Source: an uncultured candidatus Porisulfidus sp.
GTDB taxonomy: Bacteria; Pseudomonadota; Gammaproteobacteria; Poriferisulfidales; Oxydemutatoraceae
Reading direction: 5' to 3'
DNA: 64,000 nucleotides
NCBI GenBank assembly: GCA_965215125.1
Contig: OZ244052.1
Span: 1,504,001 to 1,568,000 of the forward strand
Shown: piece after piece, positions 41,689-53,600 of the stretch
Position numbering within the stretch: the stretch's first letter is position 1
How the letters are laid out: each line of letters opens with the position of its first letter
Position numbers and translations under genes: made by a program
The notes under the pieces: generated by a model
What the model was told of the DNA's origin: nothing
Databases searched by the model: none
The model's input: the letters and a program-made list of their open reading frames with translations, nothing else

Positions 41689-44600
41689 ATGATTGCCAAA
41701 CAGAGAAACCCGATAAGAAAGATTTTTACGATATTGCTGTTGCTATTAGTCGGCAGTGCATTTGCACAAACCTCATTTGTCCAAAGTCGGTTTTCAGGTA
41801 TGCCGTCGGATGAAAATGAGATAGCCGGTGAATGTAATGACTGTCAGCCAAGCGTAGACGGCGTATTGGAATATAGGATTGCTATGGAGGAACTAGAAAG
41901 CGATAGAGTTAACACCACTGCCACCTATAACGTTCAAATGAGGATAATCGGAGGCAACACAATCACTAAAGGCGCGACCAGATTGGCATTTGCGTCGGCT
42001 AGATTAACATATAACACTGATGCGTTCGGCAAAAAGGCAAAAGAAAATAACAAATGCGACTATGATGTTGTCGGTGCTTTTGCGGAGCAAGGAAAAGGAT
42101 ATAGCTATACATTCAATGATACTACCGATGATAGCTTCACCATTACCGCCTACACTCCTGCTCGGACAACCACGGCATCTAATTTAGTGCAGCTTAGTGA
42201 AACATTTCAAGATTTTGTAAAAATCTCATGTAATATCGAAAATAGCGATCAAGATGCAGGCGTTGCAATTAGTGGAACCGACATCACGGCGAACATGATA
42301 TATGTCTACAGCGATGCAAATGAAACGAATACTAACATATCTGCTAGGCGTGGCATATTCCCGCTGGTTCACAATAGCCTTCGTGGTTTTCGTTTGGACG
42401 AGAAGACCTGGGTGAGGGATTACTCAAGATATGGAGATGGGCGTGGCGTGCGTCTTGAATTTTCTAAAGGTATTGACACTCAATTAACCGAAGCTAATTT
42501 TACGCTTGATGCAACCACCGCAACCACCGATTCGGTGATAAGCAAAGTGAATCATAACTCTGGTAGCAATTATGCCGAGATTGAGTTTAGTCAGGCTATA
42601 GGAGATGACATCTTGAGGCTAGTCAGTAGTAGTCCCACGGTTAAAGATGCAGATAATGGTGAATTAGCTGATGGCAATTTTGTTGCGGCTTTGTTTTATG
42701 ACTCGGTAGCACCTAGAGTTACCGCCATTGCTCAAAACACCGATTTCAGTGGCCCGGCAAATCGTACGGAATGGATACTGACTTTCAGTAGTGCGATTAG
42801 TCCTAGCACCGTCAATAAAGATAGTTTGTGTGTAGCCGAGATGAATGGAATATGTGTGGCAGAAGGAATGACGCCGACGATACCCATTATCGGTGTAAGG
42901 ACTGATGGAGATTCGCCGACTACACTCACAGTAGTTGTAGATCAGACTGCCGGATTCGCAACAGGTGGTATGCGGTCTATAGAATTTAGGCGCAATGCCA
43001 TTCAAGGCGCAACTAACTTCAAAGTAGTTGAAGATTATCAGCCGGCATTAAGAGACGCAGTGATTCTACAACAAGATACTACCGCCCCAGAGATTACAGT
43101 GGCTAGAGTAAGGTCGGATGGCACCCCGGCCTCGGCATCGGACAATCTTATCCCGGTGGGCGACAATTATGTGATGTACTTTCAGGTGACCGCCAATGAA
43201 GATGTAGAAAGTTTAGATGACCTAGATTCTTATCAGTTGCAAGACAATACCGGGACAGTAGTTGATGATGCCGTCGGTTCAATACATAGTGGCTCAGGGT
43301 CAAACAGAAGCGTAATACTTCGGTACACCATCCTAGTTAGCAGTGCAACTAGTGTGACGTATTTCACGGTGGTTCGTAGTAATGTTGCAACAAGCCTGCA
43401 AGATGTGGCAAGCAATCAGCCGGTTGATGTTGACCGCAATCCAATAGCGAATGGAGGCATCATAACCAATGCTCCGTCGGCTCGGGCACCAAGAGATACA
43501 ACCGGACCGATAATCACTGTGGGTACGACAACTATTATGCCGACCAGTAGTGGCTTAAAATATATCGTAACATTTGAGATTAATGCCAACGAATCTGTTC
43601 CGACTATAGCGGAAGTTAATTCTTATACGGTGACACGAGAGGGCGATGGAAATGAACCGTCGGTTACTGATACGGTAGATGTGGTGGCTAATGATGCCAT
43701 GACTGCTGCAACAGTGACCTATACTGCCGCCTTCGGTTCTGACCAATACGCCGATGTGCGAGCCACAACAGGCTGGACACTAGGCTTTGTATCGGGGGCA
43801 TTATTGGATGTAGATAGGAATGCGCCAACGTTACCGGATAGTCCGTTAGCAAGTAGAGATACCACTGCGCCGCAAATCACGATAGCAGGTTCTCCGACAC
43901 TGACTTTAGATGCCACCACCGCTACTGCGAGTTTTGTGGTGGTAGCAGATAAGGCTGTAGAGACCTTGGATGAAGGGGATTCATATCAGCTATACCGATT
44001 TGAAGGTGGCCCCGGTTCTCCGGTAAGCGGTGCCACGGCGGCGATTGATCCCCGTAGTGATAACCGCAGAACGACTCTGACTTATGTTGTGGCATTGAGT
44101 GATCAAGAGGTGATAGACACGGAGAGCTTTGGTTTATACCGAGCTGAAGATAATACGAAATTGTTGGATAATTCAGGCAATTTACCTGTGCAAGGTGATG
44201 GTTCGACATTAATAGCTACAGACACGGAGATAGACTCGACCCGGCGTGCCGTCAAGGAGACCGAGGGTGCGATGATTACGGTGGCTATCGTTGATCAAGT
44301 TGATGCAGATAATGATGTTGAGGCAGAACCGAATCCTAACGACGGAAGCCAATATACCATAGGTTTCACAATTACGAACACCGAGCACAGTACTAAGCCT
44401 ATTGGCGACCTTGCTACTACAACTTCTTATACGATACTGCGCAGAGTTGGGAGTAATAACTTGAATACCACTATCACGGTGGTTAGTGGGGCCGGTAGCG
44501 AGGATAGTGCAGGTGTAGCGACACTGGAGTTTGTGGTGAGCATAGCCGATCAAGCGACTACCGAGATGACGGACGGTTTTGTGCTGGCGCGTGCCAATAA

Positions 44601-47600
44601 TGCTGACGCCTTGCTGGATCGTAGCGGCAATCCTCCCAGACTGGGTACTACCCCCATTGGTGTAGGTGCGGTAATAGACGCTTCAGTCATCGCACGCCGA
44701 GATACGACAGCACCCAATCTGACGGTATCACCGAGCACGGCTGAAACAGACGATGGTAAGGTCTATACTTTTTCATTTGAAGTGACGAGAGAAGAAGCCG
44801 TTCGTGGTTTTAGTATTACGAGTTCATATTCCTTATTAGTCGCAGAAAAGGAAGAGAATGTAATGTCCGGGTTCCAAGTGGTAAGTGGCACTAATCCTAG
44901 TGTGGAGTTTTCCGAAGATAGACCTACGACTGCGGTAGTTAAATACAGCGTAGATGTAGATGACCTGCAAAGTAATCTTAGTATTGCTTCTACTTATGGG
45001 TTCATGCTCGGTCGTGCCGGCGGTGGTTTGCGAGACTTGGCGAACAATGACCCGGTGCAGAGCGATGCAGCCGGAGACAGGACGGCTACCGAAGTCGCCG
45101 ACGGACAACCACTGCAATTAGGTCAGGTAGTAGTATTAGATAGAGTGTCGCCAAGCATTACGGTATCGGCAGACAGCATTGCACCGGTGCCTGCTACCGT
45201 TGGTCGATACACGATGTCATTTACAACAACAGCGACCGAAGCCGTAAGGAATATAGCGCAAGCAGGTTCATACCGGTTAATGCGTGTCAGAACCGATAAT
45301 ACTTGGGAGGCAGCATCAGAAACTGCTATGCAAGAACAAGTATCCGTTGGTATGAATAATGAAGTCGACGGATTAGGGACTTCGGCGACATTCACCTATA
45401 CCATCACTTTCACCGGTGAAGCTCCAACTAGGCTTGCAAACATAAGAGGGACACGAGGGTTCACGCTGGCACTGGTTAGCGGGGAAAATCAAGTAAACTT
45501 ACGGGACATTGCAACTAACCTACCGGTGAAAAGCAATGGCGATGCGATATACGATACTGACGGGACGACCTTGCTGAATGACGGGATAATAGCACCGATA
45601 TCAGGTGGTGTGATTGTCGCAAGTGCGGTCGCAGCGAGAGACACGACAGGTCCTGATTTAACGGTAGCATCTATCGGCAATGCTGTCCCGGGTGCGACCG
45701 CTGTGGCATTGAGCGGGCGTTTCACGGTAGGTTCTACGGAAGCGATACGAGATATAAATAGTACGGCTTCATATAGCTTGCTTCGTATCCCGCTAAATAG
45801 TGATGGCAGTCCTAATGATGGGGGTGCGGTGTTAGAGAGCAGTGCGACTTTCACTGTGTCAAGCGGAAGCAATTTAAGTCAATCTGTGACAATTGACTTT
45901 ACTGCCGTGCTTGATGATGTTGTCCAAGTGCGAGGCACTTATGGTTTCACATTGGCGAGTGCGATTGTTGCGGGCGGTGGATTGCGAGACATATGGGGCA
46001 ATGCGGTGGTTGCGATTTCAGCCGAGCAGAACAGGCTGACAGCCGGCAATAATGCAGTGGTGGCAATAGAGAAAGTTCCCCCACAAATCACGATAGCAGG
46101 TTCTCCGACACTGACTTTAGATGCCGACACCGCTACTGCGACCTTTGTGGTGTTGGCAAGTGAGGATGTAGAGACCTTGGATGAAGGGGATTCATATCAG
46201 CTATACCGATTTGAAGGCGGCACCGGTTCTCCGGTAAGCGGTGCCACGGCGACGATTGATCCCCGTAGTGATAACCGCAGAACGACTCTGACTTATGTTG
46301 TGACATTGACTGCTCAAGAGGTGATGGACACGGAGAGCTTTGGTTTATACCGAGCTGAAGATAATACGAAATTGTTGGATAATTCAGGCAATTTACCTGT
46401 GCAAGGTGATGGTTCGACATTAATAGCTACAGGCACGGAGATAGACTCGACCCGGCGTGCCGTCAAGGAGACCGAGGGTGCGATGATTACGGTGGCTATC
46501 GTTGATCAAGTTGATGCAGATAATGATGTTGAGGCAGACCCGAATCCTAACGACGGAAACCAATATACCATAGGTTTCACGGTCACGAATACAGACCACG
46601 GCACTCAATCTATTAGCGATCTTGCTACTACAGCTTCTTATACGATACTGCGCAGAGTTGGGAATAGTAACTTGAATACCACTATCACGGTGGTTAGTGG
46701 GACCGGTAGCGATAATGGTGCAGGTGTGGCGACACTGGAGTTTGTGGTGAGCATAGCCGATCAAGCGACTACCGAGATGACGGACGGTTTTGTGCTGGCG
46801 CGTGCTAACAATGCTGACGCCTTGCTGGATAGTAGCGGCAATCCTCCCAGACTAGGTACTACCCCCATTGGTGTAGGTGCGGTAATAGACGCTTCAGTCA
46901 TCGCACGCCGAGATACGACAGCACCCAATCTGACGGTATCACCGAGCACCGCTGAAACAGACGATGGTAAGGTCTATACTTTTTCATTTGAAGTGACGAG
47001 AGAAGAAGCCGTTCGTGGTTTTAGTATTACGAGTTCATATTCCTTATTAGTCGCAGAAAAGGAAGAGAATGTAATGTCCGGGTTCCAAGTGGTAAGTGGC
47101 ACTAATCCTAGTGTGGAGTTTTCCGAAGATAGACCTACGACTGCGGTATTTGAATACAGCGTAGATGTAGATGACCTGCAAAGTAATCTTAGTATTGCTT
47201 CTACTTATGGGTTCATGCTCGGTCGTGCCGGCGGTGGTTTGCGAGACTTGGCGAACAATGACCCGGTGCAGAGCGATGCAGCCGGAGACAGGACGGCTAC
47301 CGAAGTCGCCGACGGACAACCACTGCAATTAGGTCAGGTAGTAGTATTAGATAGAGTGTCGCCAAGCATTACGGTATCGGCAGACAGCATTGCACCGGTG
47401 CCTGCTACCGTTGGTCGATACACGATGTCATTTACAACAACAGCGACCGAAGCCGTAAGGAATATAGCGCAAGCAGGTTCATACCGGTTAATGCGTGTCA
47501 GAACCGATAATACTTGGGAGGCAGCATCATTAACTGCTTCGCAAGAACCAGTATCCGTTGGTATGAATAATGAAGTTGACGGATTAGGGACTTCGGCGAC

Positions 47601-50600
47601 ATTCACCTATACCATCACTTTCACCGGTGAAGCTCCAACTAGGCTTGCAAACATAAGAGGGACACGAGGGTTCACGCTGGCACTGGTTAGCGGGGAAAAT
47701 CAAGTAAACTTACGAGACATTGCAACTAACCTACCGGTGAAAAGCAATGGCGATGCGATATACGATACTGACGGGACGACCTTGCTGGATGACGGGATAA
47801 TAGCCCCGATATCAGGTGGTGTGATTGTCGCAAGTGCGGTCGCAGCGAGAGACACGACAGGTCCTGATTTAACGGTAGCATCTATCGGCAATGCTGTCCC
47901 GGGTGCGACCGCTGTGGCATTGAGCGGGCGTTTCACGGTAGGTTCTACGGAAGCGATACGAGATATAAATAGTACGGCTTCATATAGCTTGCTTCGTATC
48001 CCGCTAAATAGTGATGGCAGTCCTAATGATGGGGGTGCGGTGTTAGAGAGCAGTGCGACTTTCACTGTGTCAAGCGGAAGCAATTTAAGTCAATCTGTGA
48101 CAATTGACTTTACTGCCGTGCTTGATGATGTTGTCCAAGTGCGAGGCACTTATGGTTTCACATTGGCGAGTGCGATTGTTGCGGGCGGTGGATTGCGAGA
48201 CATATGGGGCAATGCGGTGGTTGCGATTTCAGCCGAGCAGAACAGGCTGACAGCCGGCAATAATGCAGTGGTGGCAATAGAGAAAGTTCCCCCACAAATC
48301 ACGATAGCAGGTTCTCCGACACTGACTTTAGATGCCGACACCGCTACTGCGACCTTTGTGGTGTTGGCAAGTGAGGATGTAGAGACCTTGGATGAAGGGG
48401 ATTCATATCAGCTATACCGATTTGAAGGCGGCACCGGTTCTCCGGTAAGCGGTGCCACGGCGACGATTGATCCCCGTAGTGATAACCGCAGAACGACTCT
48501 GACTTATGTTGTGACATTGACTGCTCAACAAGTGATAGACACGGAGAGCTTTGGTTTATACCGAGCTGAAGATAATACGAAATTGTTGGATAATTCAGGC
48601 AATTTACCTGTGCAAGGTGATGGTTCGACATTAATAGCTACAGGCACGGAGATAGACTCGACCCGGCGTGCCGTCAAGGAGACCGAGGGTGCGATGATTA
48701 CGGTGGCTATCGTTGATCAAGTTGATGCAGATAATGATGTTGAGGCAGACCCGAATCCTAACGACGGAAACCAATATACCATAGGTTTCACGGTCACGAA
48801 TACAGACCACGGCACTCAACCTATTGACGATCTTGCTACTACAGCTTCTTATACGATACTGCGCAGAGTTGGGAATAGTAACTTGAATACTACTATCACG
48901 GTGGTTAGTGGGACCGGTAGCGATAATGGTGCAGGTGTGGCGACACTGGAGTTTGTGGTGAGCATAGCCGATCAAGCGACTACCGAGATGACGGACGGTT
49001 TTGTGCTGGCGCGTGCTAACAATGCTGACGCCTTGCTGGATAGTAGCGGCAATCCCCCTAGACTGGGTACTACCCCCATTGGTGTAGGTGCGGTAATAGA
49101 CGCTTCAGTCATCGCACGCCGAGATACGACAGCACCCAATCTGACGGTATCACCGAGCACCGCTGAAACAGACGATGGTAAGGTCTATACTTTTTCATTT
49201 GAAGTGACGAGAGAAGAAGCCGTTCGTGGTTTTAGTATTACGAGTTCATATTCCTTATTAGTCGCAGAAAAGGAAGAGAATGTAATGTCCGGGTTCCAAG
49301 TGGCAGGTGGCATTAATCCTAGTGTGGAGTTTTCCGAAGATAGACCTACGACTGCGGTATTTGAATACAGCGTAGATGTAGATGACCTGCAAAGTAATCT
49401 TAGTATTGTTTCTACTTATGGGTTCATGCTTGGTCGTGCCGGCGGTGGTTTGCGAGACTTGGCGAACAATGACCCGGTGCAGAGCGATGCAGCCGGAGAC
49501 AGGACGACGACCGAAGTCGCCGACGGACAACCATTGCAATTAGGTCAGGTAGTATTATTAGATAGAGTGTCGCCAAGCATTACGGTATCGGCAGACAGCA
49601 TTGCACCGGTGCCTGCTACCGTTGGTCGATACACGATGTCATTTACAACAACAGCGACCGAAGCCGTAAGGAATATAGCGCAAGCAGGTTCATACCGGTT
49701 AATGCGTGTCAGAACCGATAATACTTGGGAGGCAGCATCATTAACTGCTTCGCAAGAACCAGTATCCGTTGGTATGAATAATGAAGTTGACGGATTAGGG
49801 ACTTCGGCGACATTCACCTATACCATCACTTTCACCGGTGAAGCTCCAACTAGGCTTGCAAACATAAGAGGGACACGAGGGTTCACGCTGGCACTGGTTA
49901 GCGGGGAAAATCAAGTAAACTTACGAGACATTGCAACTAACCTACCGGTGAAAAGCAATGGCGATGCGATATACGATACTGACGGGACGACCTTGCTGGA
50001 TGACGGGATAATAGCACCGATATCAGGTGGTGTGATTGTCGCAAGTGCGGTCGCAGCGAGAGACACGACAGGTCCTGATTTAACGGTAGCATCTATCGGC
50101 AATGCTGTCCCGGGTGCGACCGCTGTGGCATTGAGCGGGCGTTTCACGGTAGGTTCTACGGAAGCGATACGAGATATAAATAGTACGGCTTCATATAGCT
50201 TGCTTCGTATCCCGCTAAATAGTGATGGCAGTCCTAATGATGGGGGTGCGGTGTTAGAGAGCAGTGCGACTTTCACTGTGTCAAGCGGAAGCAATTTAAG
50301 TCAATCTGTGACAATTGACTTTACTGCCGTGCTTGATGATGTTGTCCAAGTGCGAGGCACTTATGGTTTCACATTGGCGAGTGCGATTGTTGCGGGCGGT
50401 GGATTGCGAGACATATGGGGCAATGCGGTGGTTGCGATTTCAGCCGAGCAGAACAGACTGACAGCCGGCAATAATGCAGTGGTGGCAATAGAGAAAGTTC
50501 CACCACAAATCACGATAGCAGGTTCTCCGACACTGACTTTAGATGCCACCACCGCTACTGCGACCTTTGTGGTGTTGGCAAGTGAGGATGTAGAGACCTT

Positions 50601-53600
50601 GGATGAAGGGGATTCATATCAGCTATACCGATTTGAAGGTGGTAGTGGTTCTCCGGTAAGCGGTGCCACGGCGACGATTGATCCCCGTAGTGATAACCGC
50701 AGAACGACTCTGACTTATGTTGTGACATTGACTGCTCAACAAGTGATAGACACGGAGAGCTTTGGTTTATACCGAGCTGAAGATAATACGAAATTGTTGG
50801 ATAATTCAGGCAATTTACCTGTGCAAGGTGATGGTTCGACATTAATAGCTACAGGCACGGAGATAGACTCGACCCGGCGTGCCGTCAAGGAGACCGAGGG
50901 TGCGATGATTACGGTGGCTATCGTTGATCAAGTTGATGCAGATAATGATGTTGAGGCAGAACCGAATCCTAACGATGGAAACCAATATACCATAGGTTTC
51001 ACGGTCACGAATACAGACCACGGCACTCAACCTATTGACGATCTTGCTACTACAGCTTCTTATACGATACTGCGCAGAGTTGGGAATAGTAACTTGAATA
51101 CTACTATCACGGTGGTTAGTGGGACCGGTAGCGAGGATAGTGCAGGTGTGGCAACACTGGAGTTTGTGGTGAGCATAGCCGATCAAGCGACTACCGAGAT
51201 GACGGACGGTTTTGTGCTGGCGCGTGCTAACAATGCTGACGCCTTGCTGGATAGTAGCGGCAATCCCCCTAGACTGGGTACTACCCCCATTGGTGTAGGC
51301 GCGGTAATAGACGCTTCAGTCATCGCACGCCGAGATACGACAGCACCCAATCTGACGGTATCACCGAGCACCGCTGAAACAGACGATGGTAAGGTCTATA
51401 CTTTTTCATTTGAAGTGACGAGAGAAGAAGCCGTTCGTGGTTTTAGTATTACGAGTTCATATTCCTTATTAGTCGCAGAAAAGGAAGAGAATGTAATGTC
51501 CGGGTTCCAAGTGGCAGGTGGCATTAATCCTAGTGTGGAGTTTTCCGAAGATAGACCTACGACTGCGGTATTTGAATACAGCGTAGATGTAGATGACCTG
51601 CAAAGTAATCTTAGTATTGTTTCTACTTATGGGTTCATGCTCGGTCGTGCCGGCGGTGGTTTGCGAGACTTGGCGAACAATGACCCGGTGCAGAGCGATG
51701 CAGCCGGAGACAGGACGACGACCGAAGTCGCCGACGGACAACCATTGCAATTAGGTCAGGTAGTATTATTAGATAGAGTGTCGCCAAGCATTACGGTATC
51801 GGCAGACAGCATTGCACCGGTGCCTGCTACCGTTGGTCGATACACGATGTCATTTACAACAACAGCGACCGAAGCCGTAAGGAATATAGCGCAAGCAGGT
51901 TCATACCGGTTGATGCGTGTAAAAACCGATAATACTTGGGAGGCAGCATCAGAAACTGCTATGCAAGAACAAGTATCCGTTGGTATGAATAATGAAGTTG
52001 ACGGATTAGGGACTTCGGCGACATTCACCTATACCATCACTTTCACCGGTGAAGCTACAACTAGGCTTGCGAACATAAGAGACACACGAGGGTTCACGCT
52101 GGCACTGGTTAGCGGAGAAAATCAAGTAAACTTACGGGACATTGCAACTAACCTGCCGGTGAAAAGCAATGGTGACAATATATACGATGCTGATGGGACG
52201 ACCTTGCTGGATGACGGGATAATAGCCCCGATATCAGGTGGTGTGATTGTCGCAAGTGCGGTCGCAGCGAGAGACACGACAGGTCCTGATTTAACGGTAG
52301 CATCTATCGGCAATGCTGTCCCGGGTGCGACCGCTGTGGCATTGAGCGGGCGTTTCACGGTAGGTTCTACGGAAGCGATACGAGATATAAATAGTACGGC
52401 TTCATATAGCTTGCTTCGTATCCCGCTAAATAGTGATGGCAGTCCTAATGATGGGGGTGCGGTGTTAGAGAGCAGTGCGACTTTCACTGTGTCAAGCGGA
52501 ACCAATTTAAGTCAATCTGTGACAATTGACTTTACTGCCGTGCTTGATGATGTTGTCCAAGTGCGAGGCACTTATGGTTTCACATTGGCGAGTGCGATTG
52601 TTGCGGGCGGTGGATTGCGAGACATATGGGGCAATGCGGTGGTTGCGATTTCAGCCGAGCAGAACAGGCTGACAGCCGGCAATAATGCAGTGGTGGCAAT
52701 AGAGAAAGTTCCACCACAAATTAATGTGGTTGCCGACGGTGTAGCAGTTCCGGTAGCTGAGACTAACGGCACGGAATATACCGTTAGGTTTAATGTTGAT
52801 GTTCAAAACGCCGAAGAAGTTAAAGGACTAGGCGATACGAGTTCTTACAATGTAATCCGTATTGGAGATTCGGGGAATACCACAGCCACTGCAGTAAGTG
52901 GCAACTCCAATGCCGATAATACAACCGCAACCTTGGTTTATGAAGTGGCAGTAGCTTCTCCGGTAGGCATAACAGGTTTCACTTTAGCGGGTGGCAGCGA
53001 CGTAGAGGCATTGAGAGACAATTCGGGCAATTTAGCTGTTCAAGGTAGCAGTACTACTACCAAAATAGCTACCGGTGTGCGCATAGATGACGATGGGACG
53101 GCATTAGCGCAAAGAGATACGATGCCCCCGGCAATTACGGTGGTAGCGGGTGCTGATGATGCCGTTCTGCAAGCACAAGCAGAAGCAGGCAATACATACC
53201 GGATGATGTTCACGGTCACGGTTGCAGATGATGATAATGTGCCGAGCCTGAACACAACATCTTCTTACCAATTAGTGCGTATATTCAAGGATGGCAGGGT
53301 TCCCGAGTTAGTTCGTGGTGCTACGGTTGAGGCAGCCGACAATGTATTCACATACACGGCAATGCTGACGACAGACATTGAGGATACGGAAGGGTTTACA
53401 CTGGCGCGTTCTAGCGACGAGACCAGCTTATTGGATGCATCGGGCAATATGCCGGTTAAGAATGATGGAACCACCATGATAGCTATCGGGGATGTGATCG
53501 CTCCGATAGACGACGACGGACAAGTTGTGCGAAGTGCAATAGCACGAACGCCACGAAGTGACGACGATACCTTGATAGGCTTGGTGTTGAGAAACTTGAT

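Noticed and set aside
43873-52716. Diversity-generating retroelement template/variable repeats
   Set aside because: No reverse transcriptase in the window, all copies are in-frame coding, and differences are not confined to adenines.
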